DNA of 64,000 nucleotides, taken from NCBI RefSeq assembly GCF_009914755.1, contig NC_060942.1, one strand, 5' to 3'. The first letter of the stretch is position 1. The number at the start of each line of letters is the position of its first letter. Source of the DNA: the human T2T-CHM13v2.0 reference genome, Homo sapiens. The position numbers were made by a program, and so were the translations under genes. Below the pieces are notes generated by a model that searched no databases, was not told the origin of the DNA, and saw nothing but the letters and a program-made list of their open reading frames with translations. This document shows positions 1 through 13,520 of this stretch, in pieces.

Positions 1-64
1 GGGCAGTTGCTCAGTTATCCTTCTAGCTGTCCCTCCTGGGCCCCTGTGCTGCCGGGCCCCTTGA

Positions 65-230
65 AGGCTGTGCAACCTGGGGAAGGTCACTGACTCTCTA
101 GGTCTCAGTTCACCTCTGAAATAGCTGTTTGCCCACCTTGTAGGTTTTTGAGAGGATTAGATAAGATCATATGTATGCAGATCAGGTGGGACAGGCCAGC
201 TACCACAGCGAGTGCTCAGTAAAAGGCAGC
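65..230 (+). mobile_element. MIR SINE fragment
   Basis: MIR core-like text ggctgtgcaacctggggaaggtcactgactctctaggtctcagtt...gaggattagataagatcat; boundaries approximate. Confidence 0.6.
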
Positions 231-735
231 TCGTGAGCCAAGTGTGTACTCGTGAGACATCTGCCCTGCACTGGCACAGTCAGAGACCCAGTTCCCGCCT
301 TTTGGAGACATAGAGACCAAGGAGAAGATAGAATATGTGTGGTGGAAGCAATTAGCAAGTGAGAGTGGTTTTACAATCACGTCTTGAACTAAGCAGTTTT
401 TCAAGAAAGGCTTTAGATGTGGAGGAGAGTGAGGCCCCCAGGCCCAGAGGTGGTGGCTCTGACGCTTCCTTCGCTCCCTCCCTTCCCTCTCCTTCTACTC
501 TTTCCTCCTGTGTGCATTTTTATGGAGCACTCAGGACGTCCACGCACTAGGCATAGATAAAGACATGGCTTTGTCGCCAAACTGGTGGAAGACAGGTGTG
601 CCCACGGTTGCCACACAGGGCTAACAACCATACCAGGGAGACAGAGGAAGATGTGAGTAGACCTGCTGTCTCCTGGCTTCCTGAGGGCTCAATGTACTTT
701 GGTCAATCAAGGGAGACTTCATGGAGGAGGCCAAA

Positions 736-1099
736 TGCTGTTGTGTGAATGTTTGTGTGTCCCAGAAACTCCTCAATTGAAACATAACTCCACTGTGATA
801 GTATTGATAGTATTGAGCGATGGGGCTTCTAGGAGGGGATTAGGTCACGAGGCTTCTCCCTCATGTGTGGGATTAGTGCCTTTATAACAGAGGCCGGAGG
901 AGCTTGTTCACCCCTTCCACCACTCGAGGACTCACAGAAGGTGCCATCTATGAAGAATGGGCCCTCACCACACACCAGATCTGCCGGCACCTTGATCTTG
1001 GACGTCCCATCCACCAGAACTAGGAGCAACACATTTTTGCTGTTTCTAAATGACCCCATTGAAGGTATTTCGTTACAGCAGCACGGCTGGACTGAGACA
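736..1099 (+). mobile_element. MLT1A-type MaLR solo LTR
   Basis: Starts tgctgttgtgtgaatgtttgtg, has typical MLT1A text (gggattagtgcctttataa; ccagatctgccggcaccttgatcttggac), ends gactgagaca. Confidence 0.8.
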
Positions 1100-1399
1100 T
1101 AGACCTCGGGCTGAGACTTAGCAAAAGAACAGATTTTTTTTTAAGGTGAACAAACAGGGAAAGAGTATTCTAGTGGGTTGCAGCGAGAAAATATTAGAAC
1201 GCATATACTTATTTTTACTTCATTTTTCAAACTTTGTATATTATGTGTACAATGTACTATTACCATAGTATATGTATATAATTTATAATTTATAAATAAA
1301 TATACATGACCTGTGTGCTTAGACATTTTTGCTTGTAGGAGTATATGCTTCAGAAAATTGGGGGCCCACAGGCGGGCAGTGGGAACATATGTTAAGACA

Positions 1400-1417
1400 G
1401 GGGGAGGGCAGGGCGGG
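1400..1417 (+). other. Canonical short-loop G-quadruplex motif / GC box
   Basis: GGGGG-A-GGG-CA-GGG-C-GGG (loops 1, 2, 1), including GGGCGGG. Confidence 0.6.
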
Positions 1418-3221
1418 CCATGCATGGCTGCAGGTGGGGGAAGAGGTGGGAGGGTGTCTGCGAGTGTCATGGGTAGATGCTACTGCTTACAGTGCCTGAA
1501 ATTTCAAACTCAAACTCTAAATTACTTTTGTAGCTTTCAGTTGTTGTGAACTCAAAATCCACAGACCATATCTTGCTCCTTTGCCGCCCTGACTCTCCTA
1601 GGCTCCTCTTTCTGGTCCATGCTATCTGAACCCTCCAGGGCGAATCCTGACACAGGTCGGGGAGGGATTGAATACACCAGTTTGGTGATCAGAAATGTTG
1701 ATAGGACTGCTTTATTTGTGTGGAGAAATCTTCCTTAGGAGGGTGAGATTATTTATTCATGCTCGGCGCAGGGGGACCCTTTTAGGGCCCACATGCATTT
1801 ATAAGAATGGAGACTTGTAATCTGGTGAAGCTCATTCCTGATGTCCAGGGTGCTGCGGGGCTGCAGGGATGAGTGAAGGTTCTTTCCCTGCCTGCATGGA
1901 ATGCGCGCCACGGGCAGCATCGTCTTCGAGTTCAGAGGCGTATAGATGTCTATGGGTGAGGCAAAAGGCAGGTGGTATGGGAGGAAGCGGGAGGGAGAAG
2001 GGCAAGAGGGGTCTGGACCGGTTTTGCTTGAGAAGAAATGGCAGTGGACACATGGCTCGTGTGAAAGGTGGGTGCACGCAGACAGGCCAGAGGCTTTTGG
2101 GAGCGGGAGTGAACCTGGGCACGGGGCGCTGCTCTTGGTGAGCATGTCGGGTGGCCCTTGCCCTTTGGGTCACCATTCCTCCTGATTGCGGCCTGCCCGA
2201 GATCGCGTGAGTCTGGTTCTGGTGTGGAGTGTTTCCTCCCATCTTTGTCGAAAACCAAATCAACCAGCCACGAATGGTAAAGAAAAACAAGCCCATTAGA
2301 ACACCTACCTTGATTTCATATCGAATTGTTTGCAGTGGGGAGCTCTGTCTCGACCACAGTGCTTTAATAGTTGATATTTGTTTACATTTCACAAAACGCT
2401 TACATTTCATACTGCATTCAGTTCACGACAGGAAGCCAGGTTTATCACTTTCGCATGGGAATAATAATGCCTTCTATTTGCAAAACGTGTAACTATTTAA
2501 AGCTTTTCACAGACAACATCTAATTTCATGTTCCTTGGCTTTAAGGAACAAATAATCAATGAAATGTACATAGAAGTATAATTAATGGATTTGTTTCTTC
2601 TTCTCTAATGTGGCTATTAGCTGAATGAGGAATTCAGGCCAGAGTTTATGTTATTTTAATGTGTGAAACCTAATTGGAATGTGATGCCCAATGGTTGTCC
2701 AAACCACATGGCAGGCTGTTTTCTGAAGGTCATTGGTCCCAGGGATGGCAGCTTGGTGGCTGGGCAGGCACCCACCTAGTCGATGTCATTTTGGGAGGTC
2801 AAGGGTATAGCACTAAAAACTGAATTCGAAGATACACATAGTTACATCAAGGGGACTGAGGGGGCACCCCGTGAAGCTCTCTCCTGGTGGGCCATGCAGG
2901 ATGGAGTGTGGCGCGAGTACGGTGCAGGCTGGGGCCACCGCAGGGGCCTGCTCTCATCTCCTCCCTGTTAGAGGAACGTCTTCTGGGCGCTCTTGTGGGA
3001 CTTAGGAGTATGTCCTAGGTCCTGAGCAGTGCAGAGACTTGGCCTGGTGCCAGCAGTGGGGTGGATCTGCCAGTGTGGCCCCTCTCCTGTCCCACTCGCC
3101 TCCCGCCTCTGTCTGTGGCCTGTGCCCCTTTTTGCCTGGCATGGTTTGAGCTTCTGTCCTGGTACAGTTTGTTCGGCTGTGGATGCAAGTTGACTTCAGT
3201 TCTGTTTCTCCCCTTTCAACA

Positions 3222-3368
3222 AAATCACCTTCCTTCCCCGCGTGGCCTTGTCTGGGGGCTGCTGCTGCCCCGTGCTGTGCTCCACAAGCCTCCGTGTAAA
3301 TCGCCTTCCTTCCCTGCGTGGCCTTGTCCGGGGGCTGCTGCTGCCCCGTGCTGTGCTCCACAAGCCTC
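3222..3368. repeat. 76-bp tandem duplication (about 2 copies)
   Basis: aaatcRccttccttcccYgcgtggccttgtcYgggggctgctgctgccccgtgctgtgctccacaagcctc starts at 3222 and again at 3298. Confidence 0.9.
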
Positions 3369-4234
3369 TATGTCACCTCGTGCTGCCGCATCCCTTCCCC
3401 AGCTCAGCTATTCACTGTTGTCTGCAGCTCTGACTCTTCCGCTGTGGCTGCCAAGTCCCCTGATCCCCTGCTTGCGTTCCAAGTGGAAGCCGTGTGCGCC
3501 GTTCACACTGGCTTCGCAGCTTCCTGCTCTCTCCTCCGCAGCCCAGGAAGCGCCACCTCCAGCCATGCTCCCTGGAAGCTGCGTGTGGGAGAGGCGCGTG
3601 CCAGCTGTGATGCTCGTCCGAACTCAGCTCCGGACCCGAAGCTGGCAGCAGGGAGAGAAGGCTGCCACGTCTGCTGGCTCTCCCTGGTGTGGTCCTCCTG
3701 GTTCCCTGAAGGGAACAGGAGCCAGCGTCCTCATGACCAAGGCTTCAGCTCATTGTTAAAATGATTAGGTGGCAGGTGAGGCGCTTTCTGATCTCCCCTG
3801 GTCATGAGTTGTGTGATCAATGAGGACTCTAGACGATGGCAGAGGATCTGCTTGTCGCCACACACAGTGCGTTAGGGATGGAGCTTGCCACCAGTGGCGC
3901 CACCTCTTTGCAGGCGCCTGTCCTGAAGGACGTGAGCGGGCGAAGTGCTCTTGGGTCTGCTTGGACACGGGTCACTGGCCGCTAAGAAGGCAAATGCCAT
4001 GCCGTTCAGATACGTTCTCTGCTACTGGATGATGTAGTGCTGCTGTGATGTAGCAAATGCATTGGCTTGTTGACTGTTAAGAGGTGGCAAGACATCAAGG
4101 GACCCTCTGGCTTGCTCTTGGGTTGGCAAGGTTGGCAGAGGGGCCCACTGCTCAGAGCCCAGTAAGAGGCGGGACAGCTGTGTTTGGAAGTGGGCCAAGG
4201 AAGCCGGCACCCTCTTATTGGAAATATTCTCCAT

Positions 4235-4298
4235 CCTGTGACCTGTTTGTCGCTGTCTCTGGTGCTCCTGTGACCTGTTTGTCACTGTCTCTGGTGCT
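4235..4298. repeat. 32-bp tandem duplication
   Basis: cctgtgacctgtttgtcRctgtctctggtgct at 4235-4266 and 4267-4298, one mismatch. Confidence 0.9.
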
Positions 4299-4549
4299 GT
4301 TTTATGGAAACCTTCTCTAAGCAAAGATGTCTTTGAGTATTTGTTCCCCTTCCCTCCCTGGGTGATGCAGCCTGCTGGTAAGGTGTGGCCAGCTTCAGAG
4401 CCCAGAGGAACGGGGTCTCTCCCTTAGCTGTCAGTGGAGAGAGGTTTCTGAGCCTAGAACCTTATACTCACAGCTGGAGAGCTTAGAGGCAGAGTTTTGT
4501 CGCAACTGTTGAGACTGATTATGTATTTCCATAGAGGACCTCGGCCCAG

Positions 4550-5222
4550 AACTCCAAACCCTAGGCTCCTACACCTACCTGCCTACCGGGCATCTCTACT
4601 CATAGGCACCTCCAAGCCAGCATGTCTAAAACTGAACTCTTACTCCCCCAGCTGCTCCTCCCTGCCCCTCAGCCCCCCAGCCCTGTCACTCCCTCACTGT
4701 CCCATTCCAGTCACCAGCATCCTTGTCTGCCCGTGGTTCAGGCCACACATCTCAGACACTTCTTTCGTCACCTTTTCCCATGGCCCAGTGCATGTTTGAA
4801 ACCTATTTGTTCTGCCTCCAGCGTTCGTCCCAATATGATCACTTTTCACTGTCACCACCAGCAGTGCTCGTGTGTCCTCTCTCCCTGGGTTTCTGCGGGG
4901 CCTCTGACCGGGTGCTGTCCTCCCCACCCGCGATGGTCTGGTCTGGATGCAGCAGCCAGTGACCCTTGTAATCCCTGATGGCATTCCCTGTGCCCCTCGG
5001 GCCTCCCTCCTGCTGAGGCTCCTCACCCACGTACCCCCTCGCCGCACAGGCCTCTGTGGTTGCCCTACCCAGAACTCTCCCTGGGTGCGCACATTGGTCG
5101 CCTGGCTTTGCCCTAGGAGGCCTTCCTTGGCCCATGTGTCTCCTGCACGGGGCCTGGTCATTGTGAGCTCCAGGAGGGCAGACAATCGTCTTCTTGTCCC
5201 TGTTTGTTGAATAAACAGATGG
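4550..5222 (+). mobile_element. L2 LINE 3' fragment, degenerate
   Basis: L2-like text ggcacctccaagccagcatgtctaaaactgaactc and tail ttgtgagctccaggagggcag...tgtttgttgaataaa. Confidence 0.6.
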
Positions 5223-5710
5223 ACTGTGAGCAGGCACCTGTGAGCAGGCCAGGGGAGGATGGTGGGCAGGTCCACAGACTCGTAGGCCTGGATGGGGCTC
5301 TGGACTCCTCCCTTCTGCCAACTTCTGGGTGGGCACCAGGTGTGGGTGTGAGGCCATCTCACCTGAGCCTCTGTGGGTTGGGACAGGCCTCAGTGCAAAC
5401 AGAAAGTCCTGCAGAAAGGCTGAAGTATGAGCAGCAGTGAGAGAGATGAGCCGGGGAGGCTGAGCACCTTCCATGAGCCCCGCCCCACCCCATGGACTGC
5501 TGCTCACCTACATTACATTCTTATTTTACTGTTTTCCTCTAAGTAAACTACCTACCAGAAACCAGGAGAAGCAATTGTTTTTCAGACCAACTTTTGCCCT
5601 TCCCTTCTCTCCTCCCAAATTTAACTTGCTGGCTAAATACATTTTGGATAAATTAGTTATTTATTTGCTTAGAAACCAATTTATCAAGCTGTAAAAAAAT
5701 CATCAGATTA

Positions 5711-6130
<420 letters not shown>

Positions 6131-7048
6131 TCAAAGTAGAGAAAATTATGGTCTGTGAATCTTTTTTCCATCTTTTCAAAGAAGACTAAATGTTCGACAG
6201 CTACCTGGAAGTCTGACTCACCCTCCAGGCATCTGACTGTGCTTTTATTCTGGTATTAGTTTTGTTGCCTTGGATTTAAAATCCACAAGGATTGTGAAAA
6301 CCAAGTGCAGAAGAAGGAGAAAAAACTGAAAAACCCCCCACATTCTAAATAGTGGTGAGGACTCCTAGCAAATTCATTCCTACTGATGGCTTTTAGCCTG
6401 TGTAATAGACCACTAGCCATGTTGCATATGCGATCGGCTTTGGTTGGATGAGTCGACTTTATTTCCCTCCCAGTCTGAGGACACATCTGCAGTCCTGCCC
6501 CTGGGGGAAGTGCACATCCAGCCCTGGGGTGGGTTGCTTTTCTTGCAGGCTGGGTGCTGATCCTTGCCTCCGTTAGGAATCTGTTTGAACCTCCACCCGG
6601 AGAACAGACTGGAAGGAAATACACCAGGACATTAAAAATAGAGGTCTTGGCATATAGTGCTAAGGATGGTTTAAAAAATTCTGTCTTTTCATCTTTTCCA
6701 TATTTTCTACAATGATCATGTGTTCCTGTTTTTATAATGAGAAAATTCCCAGTTAACTAGATTTGCTAAGGGTGTGGAATAAAAAGTCACTTTCTGAAAA
6801 ATTGTGGAAAACAATTTGATGTGTGTCTTTTTAAGCATTTTGGAAGCGCGGTGGAGTTGCTATGGGGATAGCAAGGTTTACTCTCTACAGAGAGTGGTTC
6901 CATCTGGCACCCGTCGCTCCCGAGCTGGGCTGGGCAGTTCTGTGCAGAGCAGTTTCTCGTTAGATGTGGAAACAGTTACACAGAGAAGCACTGTTCCATC
7001 TTTTCCCCCTGGAACCATCATTTTGCTTTGATCTAACAATAGAAAAAC

Positions 7049-7360
<312 letters not shown>

Positions 7361-7879
7361 TAGAAAAACATGTTAAACTCCTTTCTGTACCCTCTGCTTC
7401 CTCTGGGTGCTGGCGTTGTCTGTGTGGGGCTCGGTCCGTGTTTCTCAGTCTGGAGGGTTTCTGAGCTGCTGTTGGAGTGGGGGTGTCTCCTGCACCTGGT
7501 GTTCCATGTCGGACTTTCAGATCACAGTTGGAATTAATTTTCTTTTGCAGACGTGTTGACATCTTCCTCTGAGGTTACGTTTTAATTCCCCTTTGCTTTG
7601 TCCCTGGAACTGTGGACTCCCTCCCTCCCTAGTCTTGCTTGGAACCAGCGTGGTTCCATCTCAGTTTAGAGATGAGGATTGTAACATTCCATAAGGGACT
7701 GTGCTTGGGGGCATAATGTGTGCAGGTAGAGTTCTGTTTTATATTTAATGGAGAATGAAACACAGTGACTTAAGAAGCAGCAGGTGTCTCTGTCTTTGTG
7801 ATCTTGGGTTATCCCTGGAGGCTCCACTCATAGAACGCTTGCTAGGCATGCTGGCTTGGGCTCTGGAGGCCAGCTTGCT

Positions 7880-8030
7880 CTTGTTCTGGGCTGTGGCCTT
7901 TGGCCAGTCCGAGTCCTGCTCCCTCATCTTGAAAATGGGATCATGACATCTGCCTGCTTGCAGGGTTACTCTGACTGTCAGATGAGATGGCGCAGGTGCC
8001 CGCTGGGAAATGCAGGGGACTAAGTGCATC
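7880..8030 (+). mobile_element. MIR fragment
   Basis: ctcatcttgaaaatgggatcatgacatctgcctgcttgcagggtt resembles the MIR core. Confidence 0.5.
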
Positions 8031-8534
8031 ACCCCACGTCCTGGGCACTGGCAGAGTCACTGGTGTCCTGGCTGCTTCCTCCTGTGATCTGATAGGATGT
8101 GGCTCTCTGAGGCCACCGTAGATGGTCTCTTAGTTCCCAGAGCTTCTAGTTCATATACTTAGTACCAAGGAAGGTTCTGTGGTTCATGGGCTTGTGGACA
8201 GTGACTGCCGGGTGGCTGATTTGTTCTTGCATTGGAGACAGAGGTGATAATTTCACTCCTGGTCCCACGGCCAAGTGGAACTGGGGTGATCTGTTCAGTG
8301 GAAAAAGCAGTTAGTTCGAAGACATTCAGGGAACGTGGATTCTTGTTCCTAGCTCGGTCTCCAAGTAGCATTGTCCCCCGAGCAACCAAAGATCCATTCC
8401 CTCAGTGCATACAATTGTGTGACAGCCCTGCACCAGTCACTGTGATCACTCAAGACCTCTGGCCTCAGTTTCCCCATGGAGAACCCCCTTCATGGAGGCA
8501 TTGCTGTCCAGCAGTTTGCATGTGTTCTTTCATT

Positions 8535-8660
8535 TGACCCATGTAATTCATTTATGAGGTTGGGAAGTGTAGTGATCAGTCCCATTTTACAGATGAGGAA
8601 ACTGAGGTCTAGGGAATTTAGCACCTTGTCTGAGGTCACATGCTGTTAAGATCTCGTCTC
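8535..8660 (-). mobile_element. MIR fragment
   Basis: cccattttacagatgaggaaactgagg is the antisense MIR core signature. Confidence 0.8.
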
Positions 8661-9650
8661 TAAAATGGGAGGCTGGGGTAGAGTCTGGTGGCCTCCTGGA
8701 CGCCCACCCTGGTTCTTAAGGTCAATGTGTCTGCCTCCTTGCAAAGTCACGGTGCTTGGGCTGATTGTGAAGGAAATGGACAGTGGAGTGAGGCTGTTCC
8801 TAGCCATCCTTACCCACAAGCTTGCTCTGAAAATCCACCTAAAACCCCAGGAACTATTGGGAACTGTAAACTAACAGCAGGTGCCAGAATATCTGCCTTT
8901 CCCAAGTCTGGAGGGCATGAGATCACAGAGCCATCTAAGCATGAACCCAGGATTTCTCTTCCTTATTTTCCAGTATTGGAACTGGAGACAGATTGCTCGA
9001 TGACTGGTCGTGGTTTATTGTAAAACGAGAAGGAGCCCCCTCTTAAAAACATTCTGCTGTTGGGCTGGTCCCCTTCATGCATTGCCTCTTGTTGATAGAT
9101 TTTTTGCTCAACTGGAAGGATATTAGAGGTGCCTGTGCCACGCAATATTTTATGATTGATCAGTGTCTTGAAGCACTGTTGGATGCACCTGATGCCTTCT
9201 TTATTTGGGCTGTCAGTGTTCACACAAAAGGAAGACTTTTTACATCTACTCTGTGCTCTTTCTGTAATAAGCTGGGTTATTTTGGAGAGCAGGTGGGAGA
9301 ACGTGCAGATGTGGGACTCAGCACCCACAGAACTGAGGGGTGGTGTGGTGCAGGCCAGAGGGCGTGGACTGCAGAGTCCTGCCAGCCTGGGTTCACATCT
9401 CTGTGAGGTTTGCACCAAATCTGGGTTACTTTTAGGATCCTGGAGAGACTCAATACCTGGAAGGGGCCTACACATAGGCAGCCTCTCCCGGGTGGTGACT
9501 ACGCCTGTGTTTCTGTGTGGAAATGTGATTTTATAATGTCACGTTCCCAGGGAGCTCACTGAGATGCCTCCTGCTCCTACTCAACAGCCCTAGCCCCTGT
9601 TCCTGCCGAGGTTCTGGTGGGAGAGGGGACATTAAGATTGCTGCTTGTAA

Positions 9651-10069
<419 letters not shown>

Positions 10070-10925
10070 TTAGCCTGCTGAGCTCAGGGATTTGAGGGAA
10101 CAAAGGGGAGTGCAGGGGCCACTTAGAAGTTTAAACAGACTCCCTCTCCCTTTTCACCTACGTCTTGTGTGAGGATTTCAATAGCTCCTAAATGAGCTTG
10201 CCTGAATGGCTGTGGCACTCTTTTAAATTCTAATTAGCTAGTGAATTAACCAGGATGAATTTTGATTAGTCAGAATGAATTACAGGTATTAATGATCATA
10301 CAGTCTTAGAGCAAATGAAAGTAGCAGTTGTCCAGAGGGGGCTTGGGCCAGCCATCCGGCTGGAGAGACCTTCAGTAGGCTCAGAACAGCTGCGCTCATT
10401 CACTCACTGTTCCACTTTCTTGTAATGCCTGCACCAGTCACAGTGTGGACTGGGGACCAGACGCAGATGCCCTGGCTGTCCTTGGCGGGCCTGGAAAGAG
10501 TGGAGCCCCAAGTTGCCGGCTGGCAAACCTCCAGCTGTGGCCCGTGGGGTTTGCTCCATGGTGGCCTGGGCCACGCAGGCTGTACCAGCCATGAGATGCC
10601 ATGGAGCCAAAGGCTGCGACTGTAGCTGTTTGTGCTGCAGCCAACCTTTACCCAGTTCCTGACTGCTGTTTGTTTGGTTTGCCATGGGTACTTCTGGGGA
10701 CCTCCTGGCAGCATGCTGGCCCGTGCAACTCTCCTCATGCCAGTTGTAGGGTCCCTGTTCCTGTTTGGCCAAGGAAGGGATTTCCTAAGTGTATACATAT
10801 TTATTTAGCTTTGCCATGTTTTGGATGGCCTTGGACATAGAAACTCATTGCACATTAGTTAAATAACTAGGCCAGCATTCTGAAAGACCCGACTCCAGAC
10901 CTACTTCGGTGATGGAGATGGGCAC

Positions 10926-11471
10926 ATGCAGGGTCAGGGTGCTTTGAAAGAGTCACACATTCACCTTCCAACAGAGCAGCCTGAGGCTTCCCTAGTCTTG
11001 CAGGGTCAACTTGCTGAAAGCTCAGCCCTTGGTCCCAAAGGAGCTCTGAGGCCGCAGGCCCAGAGCCCCGATGTCCCCGTGAGCTGGTGGCAGGGAAGCG
11101 GAAAAAGGCTTTCACACCGCCTCCCCCACATATGCTCACAGCCTCCCCTGGGCCCTTTCTTGCCTCTCACATGGCCATCCTGTGGGTTCTTTGGCCTGGG
11201 AGGTGCTGCTTCAGCCTCCCTCGGCCTTGAGGTGCTCCAAGACAGCGTCAGCACCTGGGCTAGAGGTCCGTGCTGCCCTGTGCATCCTCAGAGTTTGACT
11301 GTAGTGTGCATGTGTGCATGCATGTGCGTGTGTGTGCATGTGTGTGCTTGTGTATATGTGTGCATGTGTGTGCTTGTGTGCATGTGTGCATGCGCATGTA
11401 TGCGTGCGCACCGTTATTTTCTAATGGACTGTGCAGGCATCTGTTCTCCTCATGGACCAGGAACTCAGTGA
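10926..11471 (+). CDS. C18orf15: Single-exon 181-aa ORF recalled as putative uncharacterized protein C18orf15; probably dubious or non-coding
   Basis: ATG-to-TGA ORF MQGQGALKESHIHLPTEQ...SPHGPGTQ matches my memory of the C18orf15 entry. No recognisable domain, weak Kozak context (cacATGc), and the C-terminus is a translated microsatellite. Confidence 0.45.
   Translation: MQGQGALKESHIHLPTEQPEASLVLQGQLAESSALGPKGALRPQAQSPDVPVSWWQGSGKRLSHRLPHICSQPPLGPFLPLTWPSCGFFGLGGAASASLGLEVLQDSVSTWARGPCCPVHPQSLTVVCMCACMCVCVHVCACVYVCMCVLVCMCACACMRAHRYFLMDCAGICSPHGPGTQ
11304..11411. repeat. (TG/TGCA)n alternating purine-pyrimidine microsatellite
   Basis: gtgtgcatgtgtgcatgcatgtgcgtgtgtgtgcatg...atgcgtgcgcac. 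Confidence 0.9.
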
Positions 11472-11556
11472 TCAGGGACTCCCCTGTTTACTTTGATATT
11501 CCAGCTGCCCTCCAGAGCGCCTAGCACATAGTAGGTCTTCAGTGACTGCCAGATGA
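11470..11556 (+). mobile_element. L2 3' tail fragment
   Basis: ccagagcgcctagcacatagtaggtcttcagtg resembles the L2 terminal motif. Confidence 0.5.
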
Positions 11557-11660
11557 GAGGATATTTAAATGAGACGGCAGCTTTGGAGGGATGACAACAG
11601 ATTGTGGTCTAATCTCACGATTTTTGCCTGAGAGAGAATTGGCCCTACTCGAGGCGGGCT

Positions 11661-11974
<314 letters not shown>

Positions 11975-13383
11975 AAGGCGGGCTTTATTTGTGTCTGTTG
12001 GACACCTCACATGGCACCTCACAGGGCGCTGGTTTATAAAGACCCAAACCAGTGTCGAGTTCCATGCTGGCCCCGGCATCTGCTGTGTGCTTTCGCTGTG
12101 TGTATACACGCGGAAGTTCATTCCGGAGGCTTCCAGGGTAGCCTCCCGGGTGCTGCAGCGGGTCTCCCGCTCATCACTACTCTGTACACAATGTCTTGAT
12201 ACGCTGAGGATTGAAATGGAGCAGTGATCCTGCCTCAAGGTAGACAGCAAAACCCAGGCTATGTGGGAGTCAGTGTGGTAGGACTGAGGGCGTGCCTGAG
12301 GGACGGATGCAGGGGCAGAGAGAGCAGCAGGTGAAGGCTGGGCCTCCTGCTGAAAGCCGGTATTGCTGAGACTCCAGGGTCAGCCTTCCAGCTCCTCCTC
12401 CTGACTGACCGCTGGCAATGTAGGGGTGACTGTCCCAGCCTCCTGCTGCAGGGCGCTCTGCCGTCAGTAGAGAATCCTCCTCTGTCCCCGCGGTCCCCTC
12501 CCCGCTGAACAGCCTGGATCCTGCTTTCACAGGGACATGCGTGAAATGGGTCCTGCGCCGTAATTACTCCTGCTGGAGACCGGGATTGCAAAGATGACTG
12601 TCATGTTGTCTCGTGCATCTTACATCTTTTACTGTGATTAAAAATAAATGTCGTGGGGTTCACGTCCCACAGACCCTTATGTACTGCAGAGGTCAAACTG
12701 GGGCGGGTTTCTCACACGCGTCATCACGCGAGGCCAGTGTCCGTCGGGGTGTGTGTCTACAAGCACGGGGCTTCGTGGCCTATCTTTATGAACCCTCCAG
12801 GGTGATGTGAAGCCAGCCACAAACAAACACACACATCATCTGAAAACAATAACAAAAGATCGGGGTTCTACGAAAAAGAGAAAATAGTTTAACAGAGCTT
12901 CATTAAACCAAGAACGTGCTTCTGACTTGTTGACCTACTGGAATCGCTTGTTTTCACGTCTGCAGGAAATTCATCAAAACAATTTTGTCTAGGATTCCAG
13001 TATTTCAAGTTTTACCCGGTCACCTCAGTGCTTGATTTGATCATCTGCATTTTCCAATTAAAGGTTAAGATTTTAGGAAGCTCTTTGAAGAGGTTGTTTA
13101 ATTCCTGCTGGTACTTTGGTTTCAGGCCTGGAGCTGTGGCCGGGGTGATCGGGTGATTAGTGGAATCCAACTAAGGTAAGGCAGGCAAGACCTTCGTGGA
13201 CTTCACTTTGATATGGAAAAACCACTTTCACACACTTACTAATGATAGATTTTTAGAACAATAGTAAAGAGGTTGGTAATATTTTACCCTTTAAAATCCC
13301 ATGTAGTCTGTATAGTATATAGAAAAAGAAATAAGAACTAAATGCAAATGTGGTATTTTTTTTGCAAGCCACTCTGCATTGTT

Positions 13384-13520
13384 ATTTTTTAATTAAAAAA
13401 TTAAAAAAATAGATTTATGGGGTACAAGTGCAGTTTTGTTATATGGATATATTGCCTTGTGGTGAAGTCTTGGCTTTTAGTGTAACCATCACGTCAATAG
13501 GGTACATTGTACCCATTAGA
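13384..13520 (-). mobile_element. L1 (L1PB / old L1PA-like) 3'-end fragment
   Basis: ggggtacaagtgcagttttgttatatggatatattg...tacattgtacccattag is antisense L1 3' UTR text. Confidence 0.75.

Noticed and set aside
3886-3903. CTCF site gccaccagtggcgcc
   Set aside because: One base is missing from the core, so the match needs a gap.
3061-5507. 232-aa and 222-aa ORFs (likewise 279 aa at 25753-26592)
   Set aside because: No recognisable domain; they overlap tandem duplications or L2 remnants and are expected by chance in GC-rich DNA.
11300-11415. Metallothionein-like CxC protein motif
   Set aside because: The Cys periodicity follows directly from reading a TG-rich microsatellite.
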